Shown here: one piece after another, positions 23,960 to 37,900 of the stretch
Layout of the letters: the number at the start of each line of letters is the position of its first letter
How positions within the stretch are numbered: the stretch's first letter is position 1
Origin: Neoechinorhynchus agilis
Taxonomy: Eukaryota > Animalia > Acanthocephala
Direction of reading: 5' to 3'
Assembly: GCA_051530055.1 (NCBI GenBank)
Contig: CM121342.1
Location: forward strand, 14,461,480-14,525,479
Length of the DNA stretch: 64,000 nt
Program-made: the position numbers and the translations under genes
The notes under the pieces: model-generated
The model's database searches: none
What the model was told of the DNA's origin: nothing
What the model saw: the letters and a program-made list of their open reading frames with translations, nothing else

Positions 23960-24790
23960 GTGGTTTCTTCAGCAAACCAAATCAGGCCTATTTCTATACA
24001 AAATTCTAGAGCACTCGACAGATTTATTTTAGGCTTTGCGTTGGAGCATGATTTCATCGACCGACGCTTTTATGGCTTCATTTATAAGAAATCTGTGCAT
24101 ACCGCAATAAAAGATATTATCCACAATTTTACCTACGAAACAGGATCGATGACCATTTTAATTACTTTTGACATATCGCTAAAGCATTTGAAAACGTCGA
24201 TCTTGACTTCATAGTAAATATTTTAAGATTTTTTAATTTCCCAACAAACATCATCGCCCGTTTTAAATAACACTTCTAAGTCCAAGCACTATTATTTCCA
24301 GAACGATCCACAAAAATAGGCTTTTTATCCAATCGAGGGTGTCCCGTTTTGGCATCGCAATGCATTGTGCAAAACTGTCGAATTTGTTACTCGTTAGCCA
24401 TCTATGCCGATGATCTAATCGTAGTGCTCAAAAAGGCCAATTACATTGCTGTTATCTCTACCCTGTCCTCACTTTTTACCGTTCTAAACCAAACTATGAG
24501 TCAAATGGATCTTGCCATCAATTGCAAACAAGACTAAGTTTATTCTTAAATCCAGATTATAGGTAAATGAAAAGTGAGAGAGTTTTTGCTCAATTTTACA
24601 ATCAACCGAACCTCCCAACTTTCAAGAAATTTGACATTTTAGGTTATACTTTTACCACGAACCTCAGCCTAAAAGACGATCTCTATAAATTTACGAAATT
24701 GCTGAAAATCGCTCGTTTTAAAGCTAAGCGTGCATTTAAGATCGGTGGAAATCTGATAGCCATTAAAATTGTCGGGGGTTCTTGAGCAAT
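23960..24790 (+). mobile_element. Degraded LINE reverse transcriptase fragment
   Basis: RPISIQN, FYGFIYKKSVHTAI, LITFDIS, RGCP and IYADDLIV across frameshifts. Confidence 0.7.
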
Positions 24791-25001
24791 ATCCAGCCTG
24801 GTCTTCTACTCTGGTGGCCGACCCACGCAGCATCCTCCACGCCCTATCCAGCCTCCTTTATGAGTGGGCCAAACTCTCTTCGTGAGCCGATGAAGCTTTG
24901 AAATGGATAGATGTGTGATATGCATGATATCGTTTTCTGGATCCATTGATATCTTTTATTGATCAGTAATCAGGCACATATCTTTTCTTCGAATAAATCT
25001 A

Positions 25002-25740
25002 TTGTTATTGCAAGTAGAGATGTTTAGGTCCTGGGTAAAATATAAGCATCTCTCTTATTGTTGGAATTCCTGGAAAACAAAGACAATGCCTTGCAAAAAC
25101 AATTTAATTAGCTCAAAAAGTGGCATAGTCTATATGACTGAATTATTCGCCAAATTTAACGAAACTAATTTGAAACTCAAAAGTGATAAATTAAATTTAA
25201 TCAAAATTAAAAGCGTAGTTTCTGCGTTTGTAGCAAAACTTTTCCTGTACAAACAAAACTCAGGAAGAGAATTTTCTCAGTTTCCAAATGCTTTGAAATT
25301 GCAAAATAGAGATGAAGATTTAATTGCTTACTGTCAACAATTAAAGGCTCTTCATGCATATCTGAACGAAAGATTTGAATACATTCTTCAATTGGATATT
25401 CTCAACTGGGCGTTGAACCCTTTTGCATGTGGACAAACTCAGATCCCAAATACAGATGAATCCATACTCATCCAAGAGCTGCTTATTAAAATATCCACAA
25501 ATGAGGGACTGAAACCAGTGTTTGAACAGGGACACCAGAGATTATGGTTACAAAAACCAATACCAATTAAATATCTTGCATTATAGGGGATTTTACAGAA
25601 GTTATTAATTGCTTTACCGTTTTCCTATTTTGGTAGAACGTTGATTAAGTGCTGTTATGAACCTTGTCACGAACAAAAGAAACCGACTAGATATTGGTGC
25701 TCGTAGGGATTTAGGGTTGCTGCTGACAGGTATTTAAAAT
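25002..25740 (+). mobile_element. hAT (Buster/Charlie-type) transposase C-terminal fragment, decayed
   Basis: YMTELFAKFNETNLKL, AFVAKLFLYK, LNERF, WALNPF and a dimerisation-like tail KRNRLDI...DL. Confidence 0.75.
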
Positions 25741-26701
25741 ACTCACAACATCCCATCAATATCATCAAAGTCATTAAATTTGTATTTTGTTTTAAACGAA
25801 AGTTTCAATTTATACATTAAGTGAGGTTTTCACCTGGGTGTACGTAGGCAAGTTTTGATTATAAAAACAGTCGCAACGGCACGCATTCCATCTCCTCTCG
25901 AGCCGGATCGGTTTGAGCAGAGCTGACTTAAAAGACCGGATTGCATATCAAAAGTTCCGTGGCAAGAGGCAGTCTCCTCGGGAATTCACCTGCCCGAAGA
26001 CAATTGCTAAGATAAAATTGTTTCCCTTGCAGTTTTCAGGAGACGTGGCCATACAAATGCCTCGATCCGTCGCTCTATATTTTCCAACCCCCCCCCTCTC
26101 ACTGTTGAGACAATTCGTGGCGTCGTAACAAAATGCACCGCAGAATTTTTAACCTTGCAAAATGATTGGTCGCAACAACAACGAAGGATAAAGATGTTTC
26201 TTCGTTCCTTTCGCAACACTGAGCGCTTGGATATTAAAAAACTTTATCAGAAAGCAAAAATTTTAATTAAGAAATCCTTTCTGCTTGTTGAGATTAGTTC
26301 AAATATTGACTTGAAAAATTATATGAAACAGGGAACAAAAATTGCAAGTATTAATCTTTAAAGCCGTAAAGAATTAAATGTCTACTTATCATCGATGCCA
26401 TTTACATCGACTTAATTATCTCTGCGAGTGATCTCGGTTCCCACATAAGCATTTCTCGCTTTAGGAAATCGGATACGTCCTAGCGGCATTAGGACTAACG
26501 CATTGGTCGAACCGCATTAAGTTATTAAATGGCATCACCAGTCGTTATATACACGCATGTAAATGTATTGCCAACCTTTATGCCAACTCGCTTCTCAGTC
26601 GAAACCTATTCTATAGATTGAGACTACTTGTGTGACTCAAGATTGTGCTTTGCCAGGATCGATTATTTAAGATCATTGTGCAGAGAGGTTTTTAGACATA
26701 A

Positions 26702-29214
26702 ATGTCCAAAGGTAGTCGGAATTCAGACAATATTCAATGGAACTCTTACCGTGAGTAGAACATATTTGAAGGTTTGATTCGTCTAATCTGTATTTTAATT
26801 TCCTTATTTTTAGTTTTGCAGCTCCAACAAAGTGCACCTCAGCCAGTGCCAGTGCTCCGAAAAACCGATCATCGTCTTCCTAAAGGATCGTTCTGTCATG
26901 CGCTTCCTTATGGCAACGAATATCATGGCACTATAAGTCGAAATGAGGCTGAAAATATTCTTAAAGACAGGCCCGATGGAGCATATTTGGTTCGGCAATC
27001 GTGCAATCCGCCGGGTTCATTCACCTTGGCAATTAGGTTTGAACCGTTTGTTCCCACAGATATCTCGGTTTTAATTTTTCTCAAAAGATTTAATGGCGAA
27101 ACAAAGAATTATAAGCTGTTCTTTGACGAAGTAGAAAAAAAGCACTATGTTGGTGAAAAGCGATTTGATGACCTATGCAAAGACAGTCATTCTCTTATTG
27201 GGTTGAGGAAATAGTCCGGGTCAGAATGCCTGTCTTATACGAGACTTGGTTCACGACGGCCTAATAACATTTTATGTAGAATTAAAGGCTTCAAGTTATA
27301 TTGCTAGAATGTGCAATGATGCTATTTATGAACGATGCCCTTACGTAGCATATAAGACATCGATGGCAGCCGCTGCAGCCGTCGCCAATCACCCACGAGC
27401 AGTTGATCACATAGAAGGCAAACTCACTAGCACTGAATCGCAAACTAAAAATGGGATTCTTGATCGTCTTAGTATAATCCAATCCGAAAAAGCTCATAAT
27501 TTTAGAGTAAGTCGTGTCTTTCTTCGAAGCGACAAATTTTTCCGATCGTTAATAGATGTATACGTTCAAGGGTTTACAGTGGTGCGATTATTGTGCGAAC
27601 TTCTTATGGGGACTGGTTAATCAAGGAGTTAAATGCTTCGGTAAGCATTTGAGTATTTCTTTACTCTAAAGCGACGAACAACGGGTTTTTTTAATTAGAT
27701 CTTCTTATTTTTGAAATCGTCATTAATAAGACGTTTTAAAAGTTGAGCGATGAAAATATTTTATTTTTTAGCTCAATAAGTTTTTCTTTGAGATGTTTGC
27801 GCTTTATTTTCATAAAACTTTTAACTGTTTGCACACTTATAAGAAATTGATTTCTTGATTAAATAACCTAAAATGTTCAATGTATTCAATTTGTTCGTAG
27901 AATGCTAACGATTGCGTTTTAAACCGAACCCAGGATTAATGTTTAATAAGCAATTGTAATAATTTTGCTGTCATTCTTATCGACCGTCCCTTAGATTGTG
28001 GATTTCAAGCTCATCGCAAATGCTCTGAGCTCATCCCATCCGATTGCATTCCTCAATTGAAGTACATAAAGAATATTTTCGGTACTGACCTGACAACGCT
28101 TGTGAAAGCTCACGCATGTCATGGAATGATCATTCCTATCGTTATCGAGAAATGTATCAACGAACTCGAGAGGCGTGAAGGTGGTATTAGACTTGGTGTC
28201 AACCGAAAATTACCTTCCCATTTACTTGTAGCCCATATAAGAGTTCCAGGAATTTACAGGATGTCTCCATACAGCGGTTCAGTCCAGCAATTGCAAATAG
28301 CCTTTGAAACCGGTAATTGTGTATATCTTTCAAATATTTGTCTTATTAATTAGCTTAAAACGTTTTAGATGGATCACGTATCGATTTAAGCAATGTTCAT
28401 GACAGCCATGCTATCGCCGCTACGGTTAAACTTTACCTCAAGATGCTACCGGTGCCGCTGATCACTTTCAATGTTCATAGCATTCTGCTCAGCAGTAAAT
28501 GTAAGATAGATTTTTTAGCCGATGCTCAGCTGGATTTGTTAATAATAGACGCGATTTCGTTTTGGCATAGGTCGCACGTTTCTCTAATTATTTAGCACGA
28601 TGAAACTTCTTACAATTATGTACTTTGTGAATATTTAGTAAATTTTTGGACTTGCTTTAGACCATCAATCATCTTAATCTTGCGAAATAATGCCAATGCA
28701 ATTCTGTTGAATGTCATTCTTTTAAAGTTTTTCTTACATGGTATATCCTACATGCATAAGACTCATAATTCGCACTCTCCAGTATGAATAATAAACGCTG
28801 TTATTCTTTTTTGATCAAACAAATAAGCATTGTGGGAAATGCACATTTGTATTATTAAGATCTTTTTGATGATCCCCCTTGTTCAATTTTTTGTAGCAAT
28901 CAACGAGCAGACGGTCCTGCAAGCCACAATGAGCTTGCCTCCAGCTCACCGGCATACTCTTTCCTTTTTGTTGAGGCATCTTAAAAAGTGAGTAGAACTC
29001 GTTTGCTGTTCTTTGCATGTAAATTCTCGTTTGAAGAATTCACCAATACAGACAATACAACAAAATGAGCTGTAAAGAATTGGCTGTGGTCTTCGCACCA
29101 ACACTCATGAGACTGCCTGATCCCGATCCTGTAGTTGCGTTGCGGAATGCCGATTGCGAGCGCAAGATCGTCGAAATATTAATTGTTTCAAAGAATCTAT
29201 TTTTTACAACGTAA
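26702..29214 (+). CDS. CHN: Chimaerin (SH2-C1-RhoGAP), about 10 exons
   Basis: WNSYLLQLQQSAP, YHGTISR, GEKRF..DLVHDGLITFY, HNFR|MYTFKG..WCDYCANFLWGL..QGVKC, IFGTDLTTLVKAH, VKLYLKMLPVPLIT, LAVVFAPTLMR. Introns are GT-AG except 27176-27239. Confidence 0.95.
27176..27239 (+). other. Non-canonical intron-like insertion, 64 nt, inverted-repeat bounded
   Basis: Arms AAGACAGTCATTCT (27180-27193) and AGAATGCCTGTCTT (27223-27236), 13/14 complementary. TA junction repeat. Removal gives KRFDDL|RDLVHDG. Confidence 0.7.
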
Positions 29215-30989
29215 ATCTAATGCTTTGAATTATGATCTTCAATAAAATAATCAATGTGTAATGCGTGATAATGTTTACAAATTACCCATCAGTTAATTTT
29301 ATGCCCTTAACGCGAGTAGAATGTATTGTTAGTTCGTTTAAATCCGTGAATTGCGGCTTTAAAAGTCACGATCGGTTCTTGCTACGTTATGAAGGATAAA
29401 ACTGAAATTAATTTGAGTCAACATTTTTATGTACATAATTGTACATAAGGCTGAGTGAAATATACATTTGAAGATACAACTGCCAGTACCCTAGACTCTT
29501 CCACTAAAACTATACGTTTGCTGTATACTTGACACGTGATCTTTAAATGTGATTTCAAAAATGCATCCAACACATTTCACCGAGCAGATTTGCTCGAAGT
29601 AGTTAGAGATCACGCACCAGAAGCATTTCGCTATTTCTTCAATGCCTATGGAACTTCAACTCCTTCGTTGTTCAATAACCACGTTTTTTGGTCAGAAAGA
29701 GGAGTTCAACAAGGGGATTTTTTGTATCAACAGCCCCCGCACTCACAGTCAATCCTGTCGCGCACTCTCTCCAGTCCAGATTTAACGGCTGGTACCTGGA
29801 TGATACCACGTTCGGAGGTAACCCCTCTGTTGTACTGCACGATTTGGAGACACGTGAAGGAAACGGCGAAAATTGGCATTGAATTGAATGCTGCGAAATG
29901 TGAGATTTTTGTGATGAACGTGGAAGATGAGGTGTAAAGGAAAACTACCGTGAAAGATTTTCAGAACCTGACCTCTGGATTGAATTGATTACTCTAGACC
30001 CGTTAAATCTTCTAGGAAGTTGCATTTTGGGTTCTAATGTTGAAGCAAAGATTGCCAATCTCCAACCGCAACTTTCGGTATTGTGCGAACGAGTTGATAA
30101 ATTATCTTCACAAGAGGCTCTGTTCCTTATCAAGAACACCCTCTTTATTCCAAAATTGCTGTATAAGCTGCGCACAGCACCTTTTTTAGACATAAGGATA
30201 AGCTGGCAAAATTAGACGAGACGGTGAAAGCCTCCCTCGAGAAAATTTTAAATAATCAGCTGTCAGGCGAGACCTGGCGTCAAGCGTTCTTGCCCGTGTC
30301 GTCCGGCGGTTTGGGTATCCGGAAAGCAGCCGATATTTCTCTGCCAGCTTATTTGGGATCGTATGAAGCAAGCCGCAAAGTAGTTAAATCCGTTCTTATC
30401 GAGAATTACGCTTTGAATGAAAATTTCGTGGAGGCGCTTAATCTTTGGTGTGAAAATTCGGGCAGCGAGCAGTTACCCGTCAATGGTTGCAAACAATCAG
30501 TTTGGGACTCACCTCTGGTAGCGAGAATTCACAAATCTTTAATTTCAGATTCTCGTGGCCTGGTGAACCAAACTCGATTGGCGGCAGTCTTTGCAATAGA
30601 ATCGGATGCTTGGCTAAGCGCTGTCCCAATCGCTTCTGTGGGTACCCTCGGACGCGACAGTGTGAAAATTCAGGCAGCGAGCAGTTACCCGTCAATGGTT
30701 GCAAACAATCAGTTTGGGACTCACCTCTGGTAGCGAGAATTCACAAATCTTTAATTTCAGATTCTCGTGGCCTGGTGAACCGAACTCGATTGGCGGCAGT
30801 CTTTGCGATAGAATCGGATGCTTGGCTAAGCGCTGTCCCAATCGCTTCTGTGGGTACCCTCCGACGAGACAGTAAGGATTGCAGTGCCCCTGAGACTTGG
30901 GGTACCGATGTACACATCCTATCGCTGCCGTTGGGAAGCGACCGTAAAACCATTGGGACGACATGGTCTCGTCTGTCGGCAATCAGGTT

Positions 30990-31900
30990 CAATGGTCGAC
31001 GGATGTCGAGACTGACGGTAGATTCAGCTTCCTTGATGTTGCGATAGAGCGTGTTGGTGGAGATGGGTATGTGACTAAGGTGTATCGAAGAATCGATGTT
31101 CCACATGGCATGGTTCCATGGATCTCCTCTCAACCACGAGAATATAAGATTTCCAGGGTTAGATCATTGGTACAACGAGCTTTTGCTTATCGCAGCTCGA
31201 GTACTGACCTCGAACATGAACTGGATTTTATCCTGGATTTATCAGGACAGAAGGATTACCCATTGAATCTGGTCAGGAAGGTGATCAGGAGCGCTAGGTT
31301 TAGGAGGCCGGCAGTAGTGACATCGGATAAGGACCGTGTGTTTCTTGAGTTGCCGTTTGTTGACGATTCCTCCTATCAGAGTTTATCCAGGATCTTATTG
31401 GCAGACCACCAGAGCAAACGTACGCTCGTCTATTCCAAACGAAGGAATAATCTTCATGGCCTGATATGTCCGAGCAATCGTGAAAGCCCAAGTGGTGAAG
31501 TATATAGAATACTTTGCTCGAATTGTGATCGATGCTATATTGGCCAGACAAATAACTTTGGGAGGAGGATGAGGGAACATCGCTGTTCACTGAAAAAACA
31601 GGATACGAACTCCGCTGTGGCTTCCCACTCTCTGACTACGGGTCATATGATCGATACTAACGACGCATATTTGTTTTTACGCAATGACCATAAGGTTTAG
31701 CGTGTTATTATCTAGGTCATGTTCATTCAGGGAACCAACACTTTCGAGGGAAACAAGACAGATTATTCCTTAAAGTTGAAGATACCTCCGGCTAAGACAA
31801 TGAGGTCGCCAAATTCCTTTTTAGATAATTGACTGAAGAAGTCCAGTGTGATTGGACGAAATATTTCAATCAAAGTTATTCTTTGATAAAAAAATTCCAC
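30990..31900 (+). mobile_element. Penelope-like element 3' part (RT thumb, GIY-YIG endonuclease, pLTR)
   Basis: FSFLDVAIER, VYRILCSNCDRCYIGQT, RMREHR, SAVASHSLTTGH. AATCAGGT is repeated at both junctions. Confidence 0.9.
31828..31870 (+). ncRNA. Minimal type I hammerhead ribozyme in the Penelope pLTR
   Basis: Stem I ATTGA/TCAAT; core CTGAAGA; stem II GTCCA/TGGAC; GAAA; palindromic ATAT minimal stem III; predicted cut after AUU. Confidence 0.75.
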
Positions 31901-32938
31901 CGCCACATAATCAGGTACTTACGACGCGCCGAAGTGAACGCAATTCTTAGCCGTACCCCGAATACTCTGAAAGCGCCCAACATCCTAGAGCCGAGCAATC
32001 TTTGCCGACTCGATGGCCATAGACCGGACGGTGTCACAGTATTCCCGTGGCGAGAAGGAAAATGCCTTCTCCGGGACGACACGTCCGTGGACACGCTCGC
32101 AGCAGCAACATAAAATTCGCCACTATTAAACCGCAACCGCTGCTGAGGAACGCAAAAGGACAAAATACAGAGACCTGTGTCGAAATCATCATTACATTCC
32201 CTTTGGCGTCGAGACGCTCAGGTCGTTTGGTACCGCGGCGCAGGACCTGGTCAATCAATTGTCCAAGAGACTGAGACGAATCACTGGCGATCCCAGGGCC
32301 AAAACATAAGTTTGGCTGTGAAAAGGGCGAACGCTGCATCCGTCCTTTCGACCGTTACACGAGGACGATGCTTAGATTTCATGTAGAAAATATGTAAAAT
32401 ATCGGAAATAACTTTTGAAAAAAAGATAAAATTACCCAGTAATAATACGTTTATTTTTTAGTTAACAAAGAAAACGACCCATGTATCTTTGGTACCATGT
32501 ATCCTCGGATCTTTTTCAATGAATTGTAGACATTCGAAATACGAATTGAAAGAAGGTTAACCTTCAATAAATTTTTTTAATTATATCTATTTAAAAAATA
32601 ACGATTTTCCTGATTCGTCTATTCGTACGTTTACAAATAAGTCATGATCATCAATACCCGAATTTTCGAAAATTAAAGTTATTCGATTACATTTCTTTAG
32701 GGATGTTATGTTTGTTCGGCAGCTTCCTTGATGGCCGCGGCATTTCCGCGTTGGATCGCCGCGCTGATTCGCTGCAACATTATTATTATTATTTCACGCC
32801 TCATACAACATACACACAATCAATCTCTTAATTCCTCTTTCTTGCTTGATCTAATGTCTCGGGCCCAAGATGGCTGTGAGTTGTGGGACGATCTCTTAAA
32901 TCCCCTCACAGCAGCCTCGAAAACCCTTCTTTTAATTC

Positions 32939-35900
32939 TTAAGTAATAATAATCCTTTTCTTGTCCTGGTCCTGTAAAAAAGAGAATAACATGAGAAAAT
33001 CACTTACCTCATTCCTGTTAAGTATATTAGTTTGATTAATGGGTAAAAAACTGGATGGTTTATTGAAAAAGATTCTAAGAATTGAGGAGTTGTAATTAAA
33101 ATATTTACAGCTAGAATAACAATAAGAATAAAACCAAATTTTAGACAAAAAAATTCTTGTTAAAAAGGAAAAAAGGGGTTTCGTATCAATATTATTTTTA
33201 ATAAGAATGCTGCTAAGCTTATTCAGCATAGTAAGATAAAATGATAGTCTGTTTTCTGGGGGCCGGCCCCGTGCGAAAAAGCATATTGAACCCCCTAGAA
33301 ATGTGGGGAAATTGATAACCCTTTGGCTCTTTTGATAAAAATATCTGTTTTTGTCAGAAGACTTTTAAAGGAAGAGTTTATAAAAATTCCGTGATTTTTA
33401 CAGGGGAAATCAACACCTAAAATCTTGGAATGCGATCTAAAATTGATATTAGGGAAATTGAAATTAGAAGATAATTCATTAATTAGAAGCTTCCTCGAAG
33501 CCAAAGTTTTAGTCAGTGGAATAAAGAAAGTTTTGTTATTGTTTGTAACTAAATTGGCTTTCCTAAGTTCCGACGACAAAGATTGCATAAAATTGGCTAT
33601 ATTATTCGTTAGAATAGAAGATGTTCTAGCTTTACAAAATAAGAATATATCATCCGCATAAACTAAAGGAAATATGGAAGATGATTTCTTTAGATTTTTG
33701 AAAATATATATAAGGGCAATTAAAAATAAGGTGGGCGAGAGTGGAGATCCTTGAGGAACACCATATCTAGAGAAAAATTTAGTGTGAGAAGGGTCCACCT
33801 CATAGTAAAAGGACTTGGATTCCATAAGATAGTTGGTTTTGTAGATAAGATTAAGAGGAACTTTAAGATTAACTAAAGCCTCATAAAGAAAGCCACGATC
33901 CAAGGCATCAAAAGCCTTATTAATATCCAGCTGAATGAGAAGTTTTTGTACATTAATAGCTTCATTCATAGAATTAAGAGAGGATAAAAGCGATGTGACA
34001 CCTTTACCTCTAATGAAGCCATGGAAAAAGTCGGGGATTAGCTTTCTACATACTAAAAAGTCATACAGTTTCCCGTTCACCGCTCTTTCTAAGCAAGAGA
34101 CGATTGGGTTCTGTATGGAAATTACTCTGATGTGGGATGCGTTAAATATACGTCCTTTCGTTTTGGGAATAAAAATTTTCTTAACAATATTTATGTTAAG
34201 TAGATCATTAAAATCAATTTTCGATAAACGAAATCTACTAAAATAGATAGATTTTACCTTATCAGAAATAGAACTAAAAATTATGGGTAAGTGCCATTTA
34301 TATTATACGCTTTAGAGGGGTTAGATTTACAGGCCTTCAGAAAAACTTCAACTTCAAAATTCCACGAAAAGGACTTTTTATTAAAGATGGGAAGTGGAGG
34401 AGAAGAACATGCACTAAGAGTATGTGCCATCAAAATAGACTCAATTACTGCAGGATAAGATATAGACCCTATCCAGTTAGATGCTTTTGCCTTCCAACAG
34501 ACCGGTCTTCTATTCAAAATACAGGACCAAAAGTCCTTACCAAAGGACTTAAGAGAGATCAGCTTCTTTTTGTCCAACGAAACTTTATGATAAAACTTAG
34601 CTGTGTAAAATTTTTTCATAAATAAGTTTTTAAGGGGAGCGTTACCATACAAGTCAGCTATAACAGCATTTTTATAAAATATGTTGGCTTCATGACAAAC
34701 AGGAGGTCGCTTGATCACAGACTTAGTAATTAAATTTTTATGTACAGAGGATAAAATGGCATTGTTAAAGTCAGATAACGAGGATGAAGTGGAAGAGTTC
34801 ATAAAAGAAAGGAGATCATTATTAAATTTTGAAAAGCTTTGAGGATTAAAAACGAAAGTGTCCTTAAGAGCGATGCCATTAGATTTAAAAAGGATAAGGT
34901 CATGCCCTAACAATCTCTGTGACTGAAGTTGGGAAGCAGGATAAAATAAAATAGGAATTGACTTTTTAATAATTGCACCATCCAAGAAGGTATGTCTATT
35001 AGATTTAACATTATGAAAAGAAGGAAATCTGGGGAGCAAAAAATTGTGAAACTTAAAAAAGGGCCTAAAAGCATTTAAAAAATTACTATTGAAGTCGCCT
35101 ACGATAAAGTCAGGATTCCAGTAACGGAGGATATGCATAAAAGATTTAGTAAATATACCCACGTGTCTGGGTTGAATATACAAGTTGCAAAGGATAAGAG
35201 TAGGAGAGAAAAAGGATGAGGTACCATATAAGGGATTATTAAAAGAAATAATTTGCATTGCAAAAGAAATATTTTTAGTTTGAAAGAGAAGTTTAGAAGA
35301 GTGAGATTTAAGAATAAATGTTTGAAGTCCTCCAGAAAATCCAATGTGCTGATTGGTTGATGTGGAGCTAGGGAGAAGAACATGAGAATCATAATTATCG
35401 AAGAGAAGCATTTTAGAAAAGCCGGTTTCTTGAAAACACAGCATGTTAACATAGTTATCAACTACACAAGGAGTAAGAAAATTAGGAAGACTAGAAGCCC
35501 TAGAGGCATTATATGTGATGAAAGAGAAAGGACATTCCTTATAATTGGAACAAGTCATTAAATGATTTTAGGACGTTTGGAATCTATAGATTCCAAGTTA
35601 CGCAAAGATGGGGAAATATCTCTTTTATAATTTTCACAATCGATCCAGTTATTAAAGTTAAATAATCTAGAAAAATTGTCGGAGGTAGAGTCTGGTGTAG
35701 AAAGATTTTCCAGTTTGTGAAGGATCAAAGTAAGGAAGTACTTAAGTAATGAAATTTCTTTATCGGGATAAAGTTGAGAAGTATTAATGGAAGATTTTAA
35801 ACTATCAAGAAAGGATTTTTCCGGAGGTTTGGGGGGAAGTTTAGGCTTGTGACCATCAGGGGAAGGTTGAGTCTTCGACTCCTTAGAGGAAAAACCGTCC

Positions 35901-36810
35901 GAAGAGAAAGGATTATGTTGTGGATAGAATTCTCTATAACTAGAATTATGGAATACTCGCTGCTTCGATGGTATGGAATCGTCAAAATATTTTTGCGCGA
36001 ATTTGCAAGAACGTGCAAAGGCCGGATGATTCTTGCCACAGTTTGCACAGGTAGCAGCATCAGAATTGGAGCAAGATGATTTGTGATGAGGACCTGCACA
36101 AAAGATGCATCTGGAGGGGAAGACACAGTCAGATTCGTGGTGCCCCCATCTCGAACACCTCTGACATATCGTCAAATTATAATCATAGATAGAGTCCCTG
36201 TATCGGTCAAAAGTGACCCAGTATGAGAAAAAACCCCTGCCGGAGTTAGCTAGACTCTCGGCGACATTGATAGTAGCTGAACATAGGATGGCGTAGGCTG
36301 AACTAGCGTTGGGTCTAAACAGATATTTAACCAGTTTTATACCTAACTCATCCTCAATTTTGCGAAAATCAGTAGTATCCAAGTCTTGAGGAGGATTCCT
36401 CATTAGAAAGGTGACTCTACGAGATAGGTCAACAGATTGGATGCTTAACTCCCCTAGCATCTTAGAAAAGAGGTCTTTACCGGCCGCATCGAAAAGAATA
36501 AAAAGGATGTGGAATTTGGTCACAGAGAACCTCTTTATCAAAAAATTCATGTTTCTCACGACCATTCGGCAGTAAATACTTCTCGAAGAAATAACGCGAG
36601 AAATAGGAGGGGGAGTTAGTGCCCATGGCTTCTTTGGGAATTTTGATAACGAAATCCTCTTTCCTAACAGGACGCTTAAACCTTGATGCGTCGATAGAAT
36701 GTTCCATCTGATCCCCTATGGAAACTTGTGCACAATCATTCAAAACTTCACAATCACTCGGGGGGAGGGGGACAGTAGGAACAAACCTTAATCTAGACAT
36801 GTCGGAAATA
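32939..36810 (-). mobile_element. APE-type LINE: ORF1 (CCHC knuckles) and ORF2 (APE endonuclease + RT), with frameshifts
   Basis: ORF1 CQRCSRWGHHESDC, CIFCAGPHHKSSC, CANCGKNH. ORF2 TYNA, FQET, IVGDFN, LDINKAFD, GVPQGSPLSP, YADD. TAATG stop-start overlap at 35556-35560. Confidence 0.9.
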
Positions 36811-37149
36811 GGGTTTACCCGATTGCTGATATTCGAAGCGCAATTTTGCATCACGAAACAGCGCTTCTGTACGTTTTTGGCTGCAACAGGAAGCTGCTGG
36901 ATCGCATATCGCCGGTAGCATGTAAAATACGTTTTATTATGTGGAACCATTATAATCCACCGACGATAATAAAATGTGAAGTCAATAAATGAATCTGTCG
37001 ACGTAATACGATCGACGCTAAACAATAAAACGGTGTTTCTTCCATATTTACACAGTTTTTCATTTTCAACGTCGAATCGAGTGCGCGCTTCGTTTCACCA
37101 TTTTTATATAACGACGTCGATGTGCTCTTTCGAGTGATTTAAAATGAAT

Positions 37150-37900
37150 TGGAGCATTTCGACTTCTTAGGCCGAGAAGTTATTTAGTTTCGATTAAAAA
37201 AGTAGTCAATCTCTAAATTTTTTCATGGAATTACGGTAATATGTTGAAATGCCGAAATCATCTAATATCCTTTTTGTTGAGTCCAGCTTTTTTCTAAATT
37301 CGGTTCATTTCAGTCATTCTGAGCCTTTTCGTGCGCTGCGATTTGTTCAATTCGCTTTGGATTTAAGCGCTTGGTTTCTCTTTTGGTTGCCTTCGAGTCA
37401 AGTATTCTGCTGAGTTCCATTATAATCTTCAATATGCCACAATACATTCATTAGCGTTTTCTGTTTGTTCTTAAGTCCTTTATGATGGTAACTTATCATT
37501 GGGCAAACCTTCGTATCATAGCGACTTTCGTGGAGGTATTCTTGTTCAGTGTATAAAGGATTCAGTGTCAAAAATTATAGTACCCTCACATTCTTTTCTA
37601 AGGCAAGGTGATGTCGAAGTTTTTCATCAAATAACAATGGTTTGAAATCCGCCAAGATATCATCTAATAATTCATCAATACCTTCTTTTGTTTTCTTAGA
37701 ATGCTCTGCTTTTCTTGGCATTGAATGTTTCCCAAAACTCTTTGGCTTCCACGACAGCGCCTTTTCCGTAAAACGTCTCCGTGTCCATAACAAGCTTCGT
37801 TTATTTTCGCGAATTGTCCTAAGATGAAATGTTTGCACGATATGTCGTCGTCGGCGTAAGCACTTGTCCGTGCATTGGTTTCGCATTGTATTTCTAATCT
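37150..37900 (-). CDS. Probable unidentified spliced host gene
   Basis: Several open, protein-like segments (GIDELLDDILADFKPLLFDEKLRHHL; IIMELSRILDSKATKRETKRLNPKRIEQIAAHE) separated by short AT-rich gaps; structure unresolved. Confidence 0.3.

Larger units (their letters stand above)
29530..32345 (+). mobile_element. CRE-like non-LTR retrotransposon (RT domain to 3' end), decayed, interrupted by a Penelope fragment
   Basis: CDFKNASN, ERGVQQGD, WYLDDTT, LPVSSGGLGIRK, RPDGVTVFPWREGKCL, ISLAVKRANAA. Internal ~200-bp tandem duplication at ~30460-30860. Confidence 0.9.

Noticed and set aside
11588-27238. U12-type (AT-AC) explanation for the AT-starting registers of the odd introns
   Set aside because: No ATATCCTT donor or TCCTTAAC branch site; the ends would be AT..AT.
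28180-28230. Non-canonical intron in the chimaerin RhoGAP exon
   Set aside because: A phase-compatible GTATTA...TGTAG intron explains the in-frame insertion.
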